Assembly: GCA_963747235.1 (NCBI GenBank)
Contig: CAVVEU010000024.1
Location: forward strand, 384,001 to 448,000
DNA length: 64,000 nucleotides
Direction of reading: 5' to 3'
Origin: an uncultured Candidatus Rokubacteria bacterium
GTDB taxonomy: Bacteria > Methylomirabilota > Methylomirabilia > Rokubacteriales > CSP1-6
In this document: in pieces, positions 10,947 through 21,508 of the stretch
How positions within the stretch are numbered: position 1 is the stretch's first letter
Layout of the letters: each line of letters starts with the position of its first letter
The notes under the pieces: generated by a model
Seen by the model: only the letters and a program-made list of their open reading frames with translations
Database searches by the model: none
What the model was told of the DNA's origin: nothing
Made by a program: the position numbers and the translations under genes

Positions 10947-12659
10947 GCCCGCCGCTCTCGCAGGGCGCGCGTCGCCGCCGCGTCCACCTTGAAGGTGCCC
11001 GGCTCGAGGACCACGCCGTGCTCCCGGCGCGCGTACGCGAGCGAGATCTTCTCGTTCCGCGCGTCGGCGGCGACCCGCTCGGGGTCGCGCGTGAAGGGAT
11101 CGCCGAAGCCGCCCCCGCCCGGTTGCTCGTGCAGGATCACGTCGCCGCGCTTCAGGATCACCGCGAACTTGGCCGGCATCACGCGCGCCTCTCCGTCCGG
11201 GTTGAGCACGTTCCGGGTGCCGCGCGCGGGCCCGCCGCCGTCGAGCCCGTAGGGGAGGAAGCGCATGCGGTCGGAGCGGAGCTGGAGCGTGGCCTCCTCG
11301 TTCAGCAGGGTGTAGACGCGGCGCAGGCCGAGGCCGCCGCGGAAGCGACCGGCCCCGCAGGAGTCGGGCACGAAGCCGTACTCCTCGATGCGGATCGGGT
11401 GCTGCGCCTCCAGCACCTCCACCGGGGTGTTGGACATGTTCTGCGAGGGGTTCGTCACCGCCTCCATGCCGTCCTTGTCCGGGCGGCCGCCCCACGCGCC
11501 GGTGATCATGTCCACGATCACGAACGGGCGCCGGTCCGCGGTCTGCCCGCCGATCGAGAGCACGGTGTTGCCGCCCTCGCCCGCCGCGGGCACGCGGTCG
11601 GGCAGGGCCTGGGCCAGCGCGCCCAGCATCACGTCGAGCATGCGGTAGCCGGTGAGCGCGCGCGCCGCGCAGGCGCCGGGCAGGTACGGGTTCAGGATGC
11701 TGCCCTCGGGCGCGATCACGTCGATGCAGCGGAAGACGCCCGCGTTGTTGGGCACGTCCTGGCGCAGCACCGAGCGGACCGAGAGATAGGTGCACGACTT
11801 GGTGAAGGAGAGCGTGGAGTTGAGCGCGGCCTTCACCTGGGGCGAGCTGCCCGTCCAGTCGCAGGTGAGGTGCCCGTCGGCGTGCACCGTGATGGCCACC
11901 GTGAGCGGCACCGGCTCGTCGCTGAAGCCGTCGCTGTCGAGGTGATCGGTGAAGCGATAGGTGCCCCGCGGCCAGCGGGCGATCTCGGCGCGGGTGAGGC
12001 GCTCCGCGTAGTCGAGCAGCTCCGCGGTGTAGCGGCGCAGCCTCTCGCGGCCGTAGCGGGTGTAGAGCCGCCCCAGCTCGCGCTCGCCCACCTTGCAGGC
12101 CGCGTACTGGGCGCCCAGGTCGCCGAGCACGCGATCGGGCACCCGCACGTTCTTCTCGATGATGCGCCGGACCGAGCGGCTCATGCGTGCCGCCCTCGTA
12201 GAGCTTGATGGGCGGCAGGCGCAGGCCCTCCTGGTAGATCTCGGTGGAGTCGCTCGCGTTGGAGCCGGGCACGCGCCCGCCCATGTCGGTCTGATGCCCG
12301 ATCACCACCGCGAAGGCCTCGACGTCCCCGTCCCAGAAGATCGGCATGAAGAGGAAGACGTCCGGGATGTGCATGCCGCCCTGGTAGGGATCGTTCATGG
12401 CCACCACGTCGCCGGGCCGGAGATCGCCGGTGAACTCGGCGAGCACGCTGGCCATCGCGTCGGGGATGGCGCCCAGGTGCTGGGCGATGGTCTTGGCCTG
12501 GGCGATCATGCGGCCCCGCGCGTCGCAGAGGGCGGCCGAGTAGTCCATCACGTCCTTGATGATCTCGGAGCGCGCGGTGCGGATGACGGTGTAGGCCATC
12601 TCGTCCACGATCGAGTCGAGCGCGCTCTTGATGACGGCCAGCGTGATGGGATCGATCAT
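10943..12659 (-). CDS. Hydantoinase B / oxoprolinase family protein (frameshift ~12190)
   Basis: MIDPITLAVI..., NDPYQGGMHIPD, HQTDMGG, GAGRFRGGLG, GGGGFGDP. Confidence 0.9.
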
Positions 12660-14748
12660 GCGTCCTCTCCGAAGGTGATCAGCAGATTGTCCACCGCGTC
12701 GCGGCGGACGGCCCAGCCGGGCGGCACCACCACCGTCGAGTCGTAGCTCTCGATGATGAGCGGCCCGGCCCGGCCCGCCGCGGCCACCGCCGCGCGCCCC
12801 AGCACCGGGGTCTCCCGCGCGGGGGCGCGCCGGTCGAAGGACACGAGCCGGTGGGTCGCGGGCACGGGCGCCCCGGCCGCCACGCGGATCGTTCGAAAGT
12901 CCAGGCGGCTCGGTCGGACCCCGGTGGCCACCACGCGCACGTTGACCAGCTCGAGCGCCTCGCCGGTGGCGTAGCCGTACGTCGTCGCGTACTCGCGCGC
13001 GAACGCGTCGCGCAGCGCGCGGCAGGCGGTCCGCGGTGATCCGGTCGCCCCGGATCGGGATCACGAGCTCGGAGGACTGGCCGACGTAGCGGAGATCGGC
13101 CTGGGCGTCGAGCCGCACCTGCTCGCGCGGATAGCCCTCCTGGGCGAGGGTGGCGAGCGCTTCCGCGGTCATCTCGTCGAGCCGGGCGTTCGCCCGCTCG
13201 AGCACGCGCTCGTCGAGCGGGCCGCCCGCCGCGCGCACGAAGTGGTGCTCCACGTCGCTGGCCAGCATGCCGACCGCGGTGAACACGCCGGGGGAGACCG
13301 GCACGAGCACGCGGCGGATGTCGAGCGCGCGGGCCACGTCGCCCGCGTGCACCGGGCCGCTGCCGCCGAAGGCCACCAGGGTGAAGTCGCGCGGGTCGCG
13401 CCCGCGCTCGATGGTGACCGACCGGATCGCGCGCGCCATGTTGGCGTTGGCGACCTCCCTGATCCCGTGGGCGGCTTCCTCCACCGAGAGGCCGAGCGGC
13501 GCCGCGACGTGGGCCTGGATCGCCGCGCGCGCCCGCTGCGCGTCGAGCCGGAGCTCGCCGCCCGCCAGGTAGCCGGGGTTGAGAAAGCCCAGGGCCACGT
13601 TGGCGTCGGTGACGGTGGGCCGCGTGCCGCCCAGCGCGTAGCAGGCGGGGCCGGGCATGCGCGCCGGCCGACTCCGGCCCCACCCGCAGCAGGCCGCCGT
13701 CGTCGATGTGCGCGATGGAGCCGGCGCCCGCGCCCACCTCGGCGATGTCGATGGCGGGGACCTTCAGCATGTAGCCGCCCGCCTTGATGAAGCGGCTCGA
13801 CGTGCTGATGCCCTCGCGGAACTCGTACTCGGTGGTCAGCGAGACGCGCCCGTTCTCCACCAGCGAGGCCTTGGCGGTGGTGCCGCCCATGTCGAAGGCG
13901 ATGAGGTTCGGCGTGTCGGCGACCTGCCCGAGCCGCGCCGCGCCCGCCACCCCGGCCGCCGGCCCCGACCCCACCGCGAAGACCGGCCGCTCGCCCGCGC
14001 CCTGCGCGCCCACCACGCCGCCGTTGGAGGCCACCACCAGCAGCGGCGCCTCCACGCCGATCCCCCGCAGGCCCGCCGCGAGGGTCGCCAGGTAGCGGCG
14101 CATCACGGGCAGGAGATAGGCGTTCACCACCGTGGTGCTGGTGCGCTCGTACTCCTTGATCTCGGGCAGCACGCGGTAGGACGCGGTCACGTCGAGGGTG
14201 GGGAAGCGCGCGGCGAGCAGGCTCTCGGCCAGGCGCTCGTGGGCCGGATTCACGTAGCTGTTGATGAAGCTCACCGCCACCACGTCGACGCCGTCGGCGA
14301 CCAGGCGCTCCGCGGCGGCCAGCAGCCCCTCGCGATCGAGCGGGCGCACGACCGCGCCGTCGGCGGCGATCCGCTCGTCGACTTCGAGGCGGTGGCGGCG
14401 CTCGACCAGGGGCTCGGGCTTCTCCCACGTGAGGTCGAAGAGATCGGGCGTGCGCACGCGCCCGATCTCGAGCACGTCCCGGAACCCCCGCGTGGTCAGG
14501 AGCCCGACGCGCGCGCCCTTCTTCTGGAGGATGGTGTTGGACGCCACCGTGGTGCCGTGCACGACCTCGACGACGGACGCGGGGGCGACGCCGGCCGCGT
14601 GGAGGAGCGCGTCGAGCCCGCGCACCACCGCGAGCCCGGGATCCTCGGGCGTGGAGGAGACCTTGCTGACCCGTAGCGCGCCGTCGTGCAGGCGCAGCAC
14701 GATGTCGGTGAAGGTGCCGCCGATGTCCACCCCGACGCGCGCGCTCAT
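12656..14748 (-). CDS. Hydantoinase A / oxoprolinase family protein (frameshifts ~13020 and ~13660)
   Basis: VDIGGTFTD, HGTTVASN, SGPAAGV, DMGGTT, PTVTDAN, FGGSGPVH. Confidence 0.9.
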
Positions 14749-15644
14749 GCGTGAGACCGCAGGCGGCCGGTGAGCACGGTGATCGCGCGGCCTCCGACGC
14801 GCACGCGCTCGGCGTGCCCGGCCTTCGCGGTGAGCTCCACCTGCAGGCGCCCGGGGCGGCCGAGCCCGTCGCCCTGCTCGGCGGTGAAGACGATGCGCCC
14901 GTCGGTGGCGGGGAGCGCGCCCGCCTCGAGCAGCCAGACGCCGAGGGAAGAGTGGACGGAGCCGGTGACGATGTCCTCCGGGATGCCGTAGTGCGGGGCG
15001 AAGAAGCGGCAGTGGCTGCGCGAGCCCGGGTCCACCGTCTCGCGCGAGACCACGCAGACGCCGCGCGCGTGCTGCGGGGCGCGCACCGCGGCCAGGCGGC
15101 GCATGTCGGGCTCGAGCGCCCGCAGCGCGGCCAGATCGCGCGCGGGCAACAGAAGATCCTGGTCGGGCGTCACCACCGGGCGCGCCCAGCCACCCACCGC
15201 GGCGCGGGACAGGCCGAGCGCGTCCAGGATCTCCCCCAGGTCGCCATCGAAAGGCCGGCACGCGGGAAGCGGGGGCTCGAGCCACATCAGCGCGCGGCCG
15301 GCGTCGCGCTCCACGTCGACGCGCAGGAGCCCCGACGGCGTCTCGTAGGTGACGCGATCGCCCGCGAGGCGGCCGCTCTCGACCAGGGCGTGCGTGCCGC
15401 AGAGCGCGGTGTGGCCGGAGTAGCCGACCTCGCGCTTCGGGGTGAACATGCGGAGCCGCCAGTCCACGCCCGCCTGTGTCGAGGCGGAGACGAACGCGGT
15501 GCCCGGCACCAGCATCTCGGCCGCGATCCGCTGCATGGCGGCCGCGTCGAGGTGGTCGGCGTCCAGCACCGCGGCGGCCGGATTGCCGGCGAAGGGCCGC
15601 TCGGTGAAGATGTCGGCCTGGATGATCGCGACGGTCTGGCTCAT
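14745..15644 (-). CDS. PhzF / diaminopimelate epimerase-like family protein
   Basis: DIFTERPFAGNPAA, RMFTPKREV..GH, EDIVTGS. Confidence 0.88.
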   Translation of the reverse strand: MSQTVAIIQADIFTERPFAGNPAAAVLDADHLDAAAMQRIAAEMLVPGTAFVSASTQAGVDWRLRMFTPKREVGYSGHTALCGTHALVESGRLAGDRVTYETPSGLLRVDVERDAGRALMWLEPPLPACRPFDGDLGEILDALGLSRAAVGGWARPVVTPDQDLLLPARDLAALRALEPDMRRLAAVRAPQHARGVCVVSRETVDPGSRSHCRFFAPHYGIPEDIVTGSVHSSLGVWLLEAGALPATDGRIVFTAEQGDGLGRPGRLQVELTAKAGHAERVRVGGRAITVLTGRLRSHA

Positions 15645-16666
15645 GGCCGGATGCGCTCGCGCAGGCGCCGGGCCTGGCGGCCGAGCGCGCGGGTGGACCA
15701 CACGGTGCCGAGCGAATGGGCCATCAGCCCGTAGACGCGCACGCGCGGGACCTTGAGCGTGATGGCCGGATCGAGCCAGTTGGGCGAGGCGGCGAGCAGG
15801 TCGAGGGTCCGGAGCCCGATCAGCAGCGGCCACGCGCAGGCCAGCCGCATGCGCGCCTCGCGCCGCGGGATCGCGAACGTGTACTGCCAGCCCGCTTCGT
15901 AGTGATCGAGCGCGGTGTTGAGCCACTCGCCGAGGAGCGGCCGCGCGGCGGGCGCCCGCGCCGGGTCCAGCAGGTCGCGCGGCTCGAGGCCAAACCGGGC
16001 CAGGTCCTGGCGGGGCAGGTAGCAGCGGCCCTGGCGCAGGTCGCGCGGCACGTCGCGCAGCACGTTGGTGAGCTGCAGGCCCTTGCCGAAGCGCGTGCCG
16101 AGCGCGCGCATGCGCGGCAGGTCCCAGCGGGCGAGGCGGGGGCGATGGGCCACGTGCACCTCGGTCCAGAACTCCCCCACGCAGCCCGCCACCAGGTACG
16201 TGTAGCGGTCGAGATCCTCGCGCGTCTCGAGCGCGGCCAGCTTGCCCTCGTCCTCACCCGGGAAGACGCGCAGGTCCTGGATCTGGCCCTCGATGATCGT
16301 GTTGAGCACCGCGTGCACCCGCCCGCGGTCCGCCGGCGGCAGGGCGCGGTAGGCGGCCAGGCAGTCGGGCAGCCGCTCGAGCAACCTGCGCTCCGCGGGC
16401 AGCGCCTGCGCGGCGGCGGTCGCGTCCACGACGGCGACGATCGGGGCCGCGTCGGGCGCGGCGAGCGCGGCGCGCAGGGCTTCCAGATGCGCGATGCGCG
16501 AGGCCCGGTCGATCAGCCGCGTGTCCGCGATGGTGTCGGAGGCGCGCGCGAACAGGTACGCGAGCCCGATGGTCGGCCGCACCGACCCGGGCAGGACGGC
16601 GAGCGAGAGATAGAAGGATCGACTGACCCGCCGGAGGAGCGCGGCGGTGAGATCGCTGCCGGGCAC
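15641..16666 (-). CDS. Squalene/phytoene synthase family protein (SQS-type)
   Basis: VSRSFYLS, DTIAD, YTYLVAGCVGEF, GLQLTNVLRDVPRD..GRCYLP. Confidence 0.88.
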   Translation of the reverse strand: MPGSDLTAALLRRVSRSFYLSLAVLPGSVRPTIGLAYLFARASDTIADTRLIDRASRIAHLEALRAALAAPDAAPIVAVVDATAAAQALPAERRLLERLPDCLAAYRALPPADRGRVHAVLNTIIEGQIQDLRVFPGEDEGKLAALETREDLDRYTYLVAGCVGEFWTEVHVAHRPRLARWDLPRMRALGTRFGKGLQLTNVLRDVPRDLRQGRCYLPRQDLARFGLEPRDLLDPARAPAARPLLGEWLNTALDHYEAGWQYTFAIPRREARMRLACAWPLLIGLRTLDLLAASPNWLDPAITLKVPRVRVYGLMAHSLGTVWSTRALGRQARRLRERIRP

Positions 16667-16671
16667 GGCGG

Positions 16672-16964
16672 CTAGTCGAGGTCGAGCGGATTGAGGGGAC
16701 GGCCGGGCATGTCCTTGGCCTTCTTGATCCCCTCCTTGAACATCTTGTCGAGGACCTGCGGCTTCTTCTCCTGGGCCTTCGGAGCTCTTCCTTGAAGCGC
16801 TCGGCGCGGCGCGCCTCGGCGCCCTTCAGCGAGGCGAGCGCGTCGTCGAGCCCGAGCCCGGACTTCGCCCGGGGCGCCGGCTCGTGCGCGATGACCGCCT
16901 CGAGCGCCGGATCGATGGTGAGGCGTCCGTCGCAGCAGGGGCAGGTGACCTTGAACTCCGCCAT
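16672..16964 (-). CDS. Small hypothetical protein with N-terminal CPCC motif and coiled-coil (frameshift ~16780)
   Basis: MAEFKVTCPCCDGRLTIDP...KMFKEGIKKAKDMPGRPLNPLDLD; TAGTCT 7 nt before the ATG. Confidence 0.7.
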
Positions 16965-16987
16965 GGCCACGAGACTATCACAGCGGC

Positions 16988-18562
16988 TCAGCGGCGGCGC
17001 AGGCGGGCCTCGAAGCCGGGCAGGATGGCCTTGAAGAACGCGTTCTGGACCAGGCCGACGACGGTCTCGATGATGCCGGCGTTCGGCTTGTCGAGCGGGC
17101 CGGAGATCTCGATGCGGGTCGCCACCTCGTCCCGCGGCCGGTTCTGCAGCACCCGCGAGATGCCGCCCACCACGCCCTCGTAGACCTTTCTCAGCACGTT
17201 CTTGTCGCGATCCTGGCGCGCGTCGTAGACGGTCATGTCCTGGAAGAGCGGCTTGACGTAGCCGGACATCCGCCGGTCCCGGACCGCGATCTCGGTGTAC
17301 ATGGAGAAGCGGCCCGCCGTCACGTCGAAGTTGCCGTGGGCCCGCAGCAGGTCGTTCATGGTCCTGAGATCGGTCTCCTCGATCTCCACCGCCAGGTCGA
17401 AGTCGGGGCCCGGCCGGGTCGGGCGCAGCTTGAAGTCGGCGCTGGCCGGTCCGCTGCCCATGAACTTGCCGGTCAGCTTGGCCTGCGACGTCTCTCCGCT
17501 CGGCAGGCTGCTCAGGTTCGTGAGGGTCATGGCGGTATCGTTCAGGAAGACCCGATAGCTCGGGCTCACCGTCTTGTTCACGAAGCCGAAGTTGCTCCTG
17601 ACGATCTCCAGGCGGTCTATCCGGAACATGAGGCCGGGGTCCTGCGACTTGTCGGCGGCCTTGGTCGCCTCGCGCGCCACCTCCTTGCCCACCCCCGCCA
17701 TCTGCGGGGTGTGCACGTAGTCCACGTGCACGCCGTCCACGGTGGCGTTCCACAGCTTCACCGACTTGAACTGCGGCGCGATCTCGACCTCGCCGTACGC
17801 GGAGAGCGTGCCCTTGGCCACCGCCAGGTTGTAGCGGTTGGTGATCGGCTTGAAGTAGTCGAGCTCGATGCCGTCGAGCTTGATGTCGGTCATGAACGCG
17901 GCGTGGGGCGCGGCGAGGAAGTCGGCCCAGCCGGTGGCGCTGACCGAGCCGCCCTCGAACACGCGCGCGGTCAGGCGCATCGGCGAGGGATAGACCCCCA
18001 CCTCGGAGTGCACGTTGCGGATGTTGGAGGCCTCGAGCTCGAGGTCCTGGACCCGCAGGGGCTTGAAGGGGCCGTTGTCCTTGTAGGTGATGTCGCCCCG
18101 GGAGATCCGGAGCTGGTTGATCTTGAGGGGATAGATGGCCTGGAGCGCGTCCTGCCACCCCTTGTCCTTCACCGGGGTGGCGTCGTCGATCTCTTCCTTC
18201 GCCTGGGGCAGATCGAGGACCACCACCGGACGGTCGATGAGGATGTCGCCGACCACGCGCCCGGCCAGGAGCGCCCGCCAGTGCACGCTCGCGTAGAGCC
18301 GCCCGATGTTGGCCACCGGCGGATCGGGATGCTCGTGCTGGACGATGACGGTGTCCCGAAGCTCGAGCGAGAAGTTGAGCGGGCTGAAGTGGAGCGCGCC
18401 GATCGTGGCGGTGTAGCCCTGCAGGCGCGCGTTCATCTTCGCCTCGGTGTAGCGGCGTAGCGGCTCGTCGATGAAGAAGAGCGCGATGGCGGAGGCGAGG
18501 CCGGCCAGGACGACGAGGGCGACGGCCGCGACGATCCATCGGCGCCGGGTCATGGTGATCAT
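16988..18562 (-). CDS. DUF748/AsmA-like domain protein
   Basis: N-terminal TM anchor and beta-rich body; GYVKPLF and VATRIEISG..LVQNAFFKAILPG C-terminus. Confidence 0.75.
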   Translation of the reverse strand: MITMTRRRWIVAAVALVVLAGLASAIALFFIDEPLRRYTEAKMNARLQGYTATIGALHFSPLNFSLELRDTVIVQHEHPDPPVANIGRLYASVHWRALLAGRVVGDILIDRPVVVLDLPQAKEEIDDATPVKDKGWQDALQAIYPLKINQLRISRGDITYKDNGPFKPLRVQDLELEASNIRNVHSEVGVYPSPMRLTARVFEGGSVSATGWADFLAAPHAAFMTDIKLDGIELDYFKPITNRYNLAVAKGTLSAYGEVEIAPQFKSVKLWNATVDGVHVDYVHTPQMAGVGKEVAREATKAADKSQDPGLMFRIDRLEIVRSNFGFVNKTVSPSYRVFLNDTAMTLTNLSSLPSGETSQAKLTGKFMGSGPASADFKLRPTRPGPDFDLAVEIEETDLRTMNDLLRAHGNFDVTAGRFSMYTEIAVRDRRMSGYVKPLFQDMTVYDARQDRDKNVLRKVYEGVVGGISRVLQNRPRDEVATRIEISGPLDKPNAGIIETVVGLVQNAFFKAILPGFEARLRRR

Positions 18563-18575
18563 GCGAACGAGTCAA

Positions 18576-18592
18576 AGCAAGCGGCGTGCCCA
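18576..18592 (-). promoter_or_regulatory. sigma54 (-24/-12) promoter of the DUF748 gene
   Basis: TGGGCACGCCGCTTGCT matches GGCACG-N4-TTGCW. Confidence 0.7.
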
Positions 18593-18637
18593 CCCGGGTC
18601 GTGACCGCGCGAGCTCGCGCGCCATCGATCGGTCCGA

Positions 18638-18672
18638 CGGGAAGTTCCTTCCGGTTGCCACCGGGAAGTTCC
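18638..18672. promoter_or_regulatory. Tandem palindromic sites CGGGAAGTTCC x2 (putative enhancer-binding-protein site)
   Basis: Identical 11-mers at 18638 and 18662, each containing the GGAA-G-TTCC palindrome, between divergent sigma54-like motifs. Confidence 0.55.
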
Positions 18673-18727
18673 GACCGACCGGCCTGATCCTTCCTTCGTA
18701 AAACCCTCACATCGCGTCCGTTCTCGC

Positions 18728-18743
18728 TGGCACAGGAGTTGTA
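18728..18743 (+). promoter_or_regulatory. sigma54-like promoter of the pyruvyltransferase operon
   Basis: TGGCAC-AGGAG-TTGTA (one mismatch at -12). Confidence 0.5.
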
Positions 18744-18779
18744 GTTGTCCCCGCCCATGACCAACCAGCGGCGGACCAC

Positions 18780-19919
18780 GTGTACCGGATCGGCATCTCG
18801 GGATCGTATGGCGGGCTCAATCTGGGTGACGAGGCGATCCTCCAGTCCATCGTGGCGCAGCTCCGCGCCGCGGTGCCCTGCGAGATCACCGTGTTCTCGC
18901 GCGACGCCAAGGACACCGCGGCGCGGCACAAGGTGGAGAAGAGCATCCCGGTGCGCGATCTCTCGCGCGACGAAGTGCGGCCGGAGGTCGCCGAGCTCGA
19001 TCTGTTGATCCTGGGCGGCGGCGGCATCCTCTACGACGACGCGGCCGCGGTGTATCTCAGAGAGGTCGAGCTCGCGCAGGAGCACAGCGTGCCGGTGCTG
19101 GTCTACGCGGTGAGCGCGGGCCCACTCCACGATGCGGCGGCGCGGACCCTGGTGCGCGACACCCTGAGCCGGGTGGACGCGGTGACGGTCCGGGAGCGGC
19201 GCGCCCGCCAGCTCCTCGAGGAAGTTGGGGTGCGCGACATCGAGGTGACCGCCGACCCCGCGTTCCTGCTCGAGCCCGAGCCGATCCCCGAGGATGCGCT
19301 GCAGCGAGAGGGGCTGAACCAGAACCGCCGGCTGATCGGCCTCTCGGTGCGGGAGCCGGGCTCGGCCGCGCCCGACATCGACGAGACGCACTACCATGCG
19401 CTGCTCGCCAACGCGGCCGACTACATGGTCGACCGGCTCGACGCGGATCTGGTGTTCGTGCCCATGGAGCCGCGCCAGAAGGACACCCAGCACTGCCACG
19501 CGGTGGTGTCGAAGATGGCCCACGCCCACCAGGCCACCGTGCTGAAGGGCGAGTACACGTCGGGCCAGCTCCTCTCGCTCATGAGCCACTTCGACTTCGC
19601 GGTGGGCATGCGGCTGCACTTCCTGATCTTCGCGGCGCTCAACCGGGTGCCGTTCGTGGCGCTGCCCTACTCGAGCAAGGTCGCGGGCTTCCTCGAGGAT
19701 CTGGAGATCGCGATGCCGCCGCTCAAGCAGGTCAACGCGGGCCAGCTCATCGCCTACATCGACCGGTGGTGGGACCTGCGGCGCAATCTGCAGGCGCGGC
19801 TCGAGAAGGCGGTGCCGGAGATCCAGAACCGGGCGCGGCGCACCACCGAGATCGCCCTGCGGCTCCTGACCGACCGGCGGGACCTCCGGGCCGCCGAAGC
19901 GGGACGCGGATCGGCCTGA
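18780..19919 (+). CDS. Polysaccharide pyruvyl transferase family protein (CsaB-like)
   Basis: GSYGGLNLGDEAIL, GGGGILYD, VTVRE, TADPA, GMRLHFLIFAA. Confidence 0.88.
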   Translation: MYRIGISGSYGGLNLGDEAILQSIVAQLRAAVPCEITVFSRDAKDTAARHKVEKSIPVRDLSRDEVRPEVAELDLLILGGGGILYDDAAAVYLREVELAQEHSVPVLVYAVSAGPLHDAAARTLVRDTLSRVDAVTVRERRARQLLEEVGVRDIEVTADPAFLLEPEPIPEDALQREGLNQNRRLIGLSVREPGSAAPDIDETHYHALLANAADYMVDRLDADLVFVPMEPRQKDTQHCHAVVSKMAHAHQATVLKGEYTSGQLLSLMSHFDFAVGMRLHFLIFAALNRVPFVALPYSSKVAGFLEDLEIAMPPLKQVNAGQLIAYIDRWWDLRRNLQARLEKAVPEIQNRARRTTEIALRLLTDRRDLRAAEAGRGSA

Positions 19920-19922
19920 CCC

Positions 19923-21329
19923 GTGCCCCCGCTGCTCCGGCCCCGCGCGCCGGCGACCATCACCCTGGCGCCCCGCACCGCGATGGTCGCCGCGGAGTGC
20001 GACGTCCTGGTGGTGGGCGGGGGTCCCGCCGGCCTCGGGGCCGCCCTCGGCGCGGCCGACGCCGGGGCGGACGTGATCCTGGTGGAGCGCCACGCCTTCC
20101 TGGGCGGCAACGCCACCGCGGCGCTCGTGATGCCGCTCATGTCCTTTCACACCCAGCGCGGTTCGGCGGCGCCGGGGACCGCGTCCGAGCTGATGCCGCA
20201 CGATCACGGCCCGGGCGACCCGGTGGTCCAGGGCGCGCTCAAGCGGCTGCTGGATCGGCTGGAGTCGGCGGGGGGCTCGCTCCGGCCGTCGCCGCAGACC
20301 GGCTACGTGGTGCCGTTCGACCCGGAGATCTTCAAGCTCGTGGCCCTCGATCTGCTGGACGAGGCGGGCGTCCGCGCCCTGCTGTACGCCTTCGCCAGCG
20401 GCGTCGTCGGCGCGCCCCGGCCCGACGGCGTGGTCTTCGAGACCAAGTCGGGGCCCATCGTCGTGATGGCCCGGGCCATCGTGGACGCCACCGGCGACGG
20501 CGACGTGGCCGCGCTGGCGGGGGCGCCCTTCGAGGTCGGCCGCGCGGGCGACGCCCTCGTGCAGCCGATGACGCTGATGTTCCGCATGGTGGAGTTCGAG
20601 CGGAACGGCTTCGCGGCGTACCGGCAGGCGCACCCCGACCAGTGGCGCGGCGTGCACGGACTCTGGGACCTGGTGCGGGAGGCGAGCGCGGCCGGTGAGC
20701 TGGAGCTCGCGCGCGAGGACATCCTCTTCTTCGGGACCCCGCACGAGCGGGAGCTGTCGGTCAACAGCACGCGGGTGACCGGCGCGCTCGGCACCAGCGT
20801 GTGGGATCTCACGGTGGCCGAGTGGCAGGCGCGCAGCCAGATGAAGCAGATCGCCGCCTTCCTGCGCAAGTACGTGCCGGGCTTCGAGCGGTCCTACGTG
20901 GCCCAGAGCGGCGTGACGATCGGGGTGCGCGAAACGCGCCGCATCACCGGGGAATACCAGCTCACCGCGGAGGACATCCTGGGCGCGCGGAAGGCGGACG
21001 ACGTGATCGCGCGGGGAACGTACCCGCTCGACATCCACAATCCAAAGGGGAAGGGCACCGTGCTGATGCGGCTGCCGGACGGCGAGTCCTACGACATCCC
21101 GCTCCGCTGTCTGATGCCGCAGCGGGTGGACCGGCTCATGGTGGCGGGCCGGTGCATCTCGGGCACCCACGAGGCGCACTCGTCCTATCGCGTCATGCCG
21201 ATCGCGATGGCCACCGGCCAGGCCGCGGGCGTGTGCGCGGCGATGGCCGCGCGCGGGGGCAAGGCGGTGCGCGACGTGCCGCCGCGCGACGTGCAGACCG
21301 AGCTGCGCCGCCAGGGCGCCCTGATCTGA
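19923..21329 (+). CDS. FAD-dependent oxidoreductase (FAD_oxidored family)
   Basis: VVGGGPAG, DATGDGD, GVRETRRITGEY, YDIPLRCL, AGRCIS..RVMP. Confidence 0.88.
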   Translation: MPPLLRPRAPATITLAPRTAMVAAECDVLVVGGGPAGLGAALGAADAGADVILVERHAFLGGNATAALVMPLMSFHTQRGSAAPGTASELMPHDHGPGDPVVQGALKRLLDRLESAGGSLRPSPQTGYVVPFDPEIFKLVALDLLDEAGVRALLYAFASGVVGAPRPDGVVFETKSGPIVVMARAIVDATGDGDVAALAGAPFEVGRAGDALVQPMTLMFRMVEFERNGFAAYRQAHPDQWRGVHGLWDLVREASAAGELELAREDILFFGTPHERELSVNSTRVTGALGTSVWDLTVAEWQARSQMKQIAAFLRKYVPGFERSYVAQSGVTIGVRETRRITGEYQLTAEDILGARKADDVIARGTYPLDIHNPKGKGTVLMRLPDGESYDIPLRCLMPQRVDRLMVAGRCISGTHEAHSSYRVMPIAMATGQAAGVCAAMAARGGKAVRDVPPRDVQTELRRQGALI

Positions 21330-21441
21330 GCGCGTCGCGGCAACGCCTTCCTACCGCGTAAGAGATACGCGGGGGAACCTTCGGGGCCCCGCCGATCTAC
21401 GCGAAAGGCGTGTCGAACGCGCGGAAGCGTCGGGCGGGCCG

Positions 21442-21457
21442 CGGCACGTCCCTTGCG
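21442..21457 (+). promoter_or_regulatory. sigma54-like promoter of csbD
   Basis: CGGCACG-TCCC-TTGCG. Confidence 0.6.
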
Positions 21458-21508
21458 TTGTTCTCGAGCAGCAACCCGATCACCCCGTTCACATGAAAGG
21501 GAGCCGCG

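Noticed and set aside
14745-15644. Phenazine biosynthesis cluster
   Set aside because: Only a PhzF-family homolog is present, with no phzA/B, D, E or G.
16254-21179. 1641-aa minus-strand ORF and other very long Arg/Gly/Pro-rich ORFs (e.g. 3571..6093, 22894..25104)
   Set aside because: These are shadow frames of real genes in high-GC DNA and carry no motifs, apart from short real segments already annotated.
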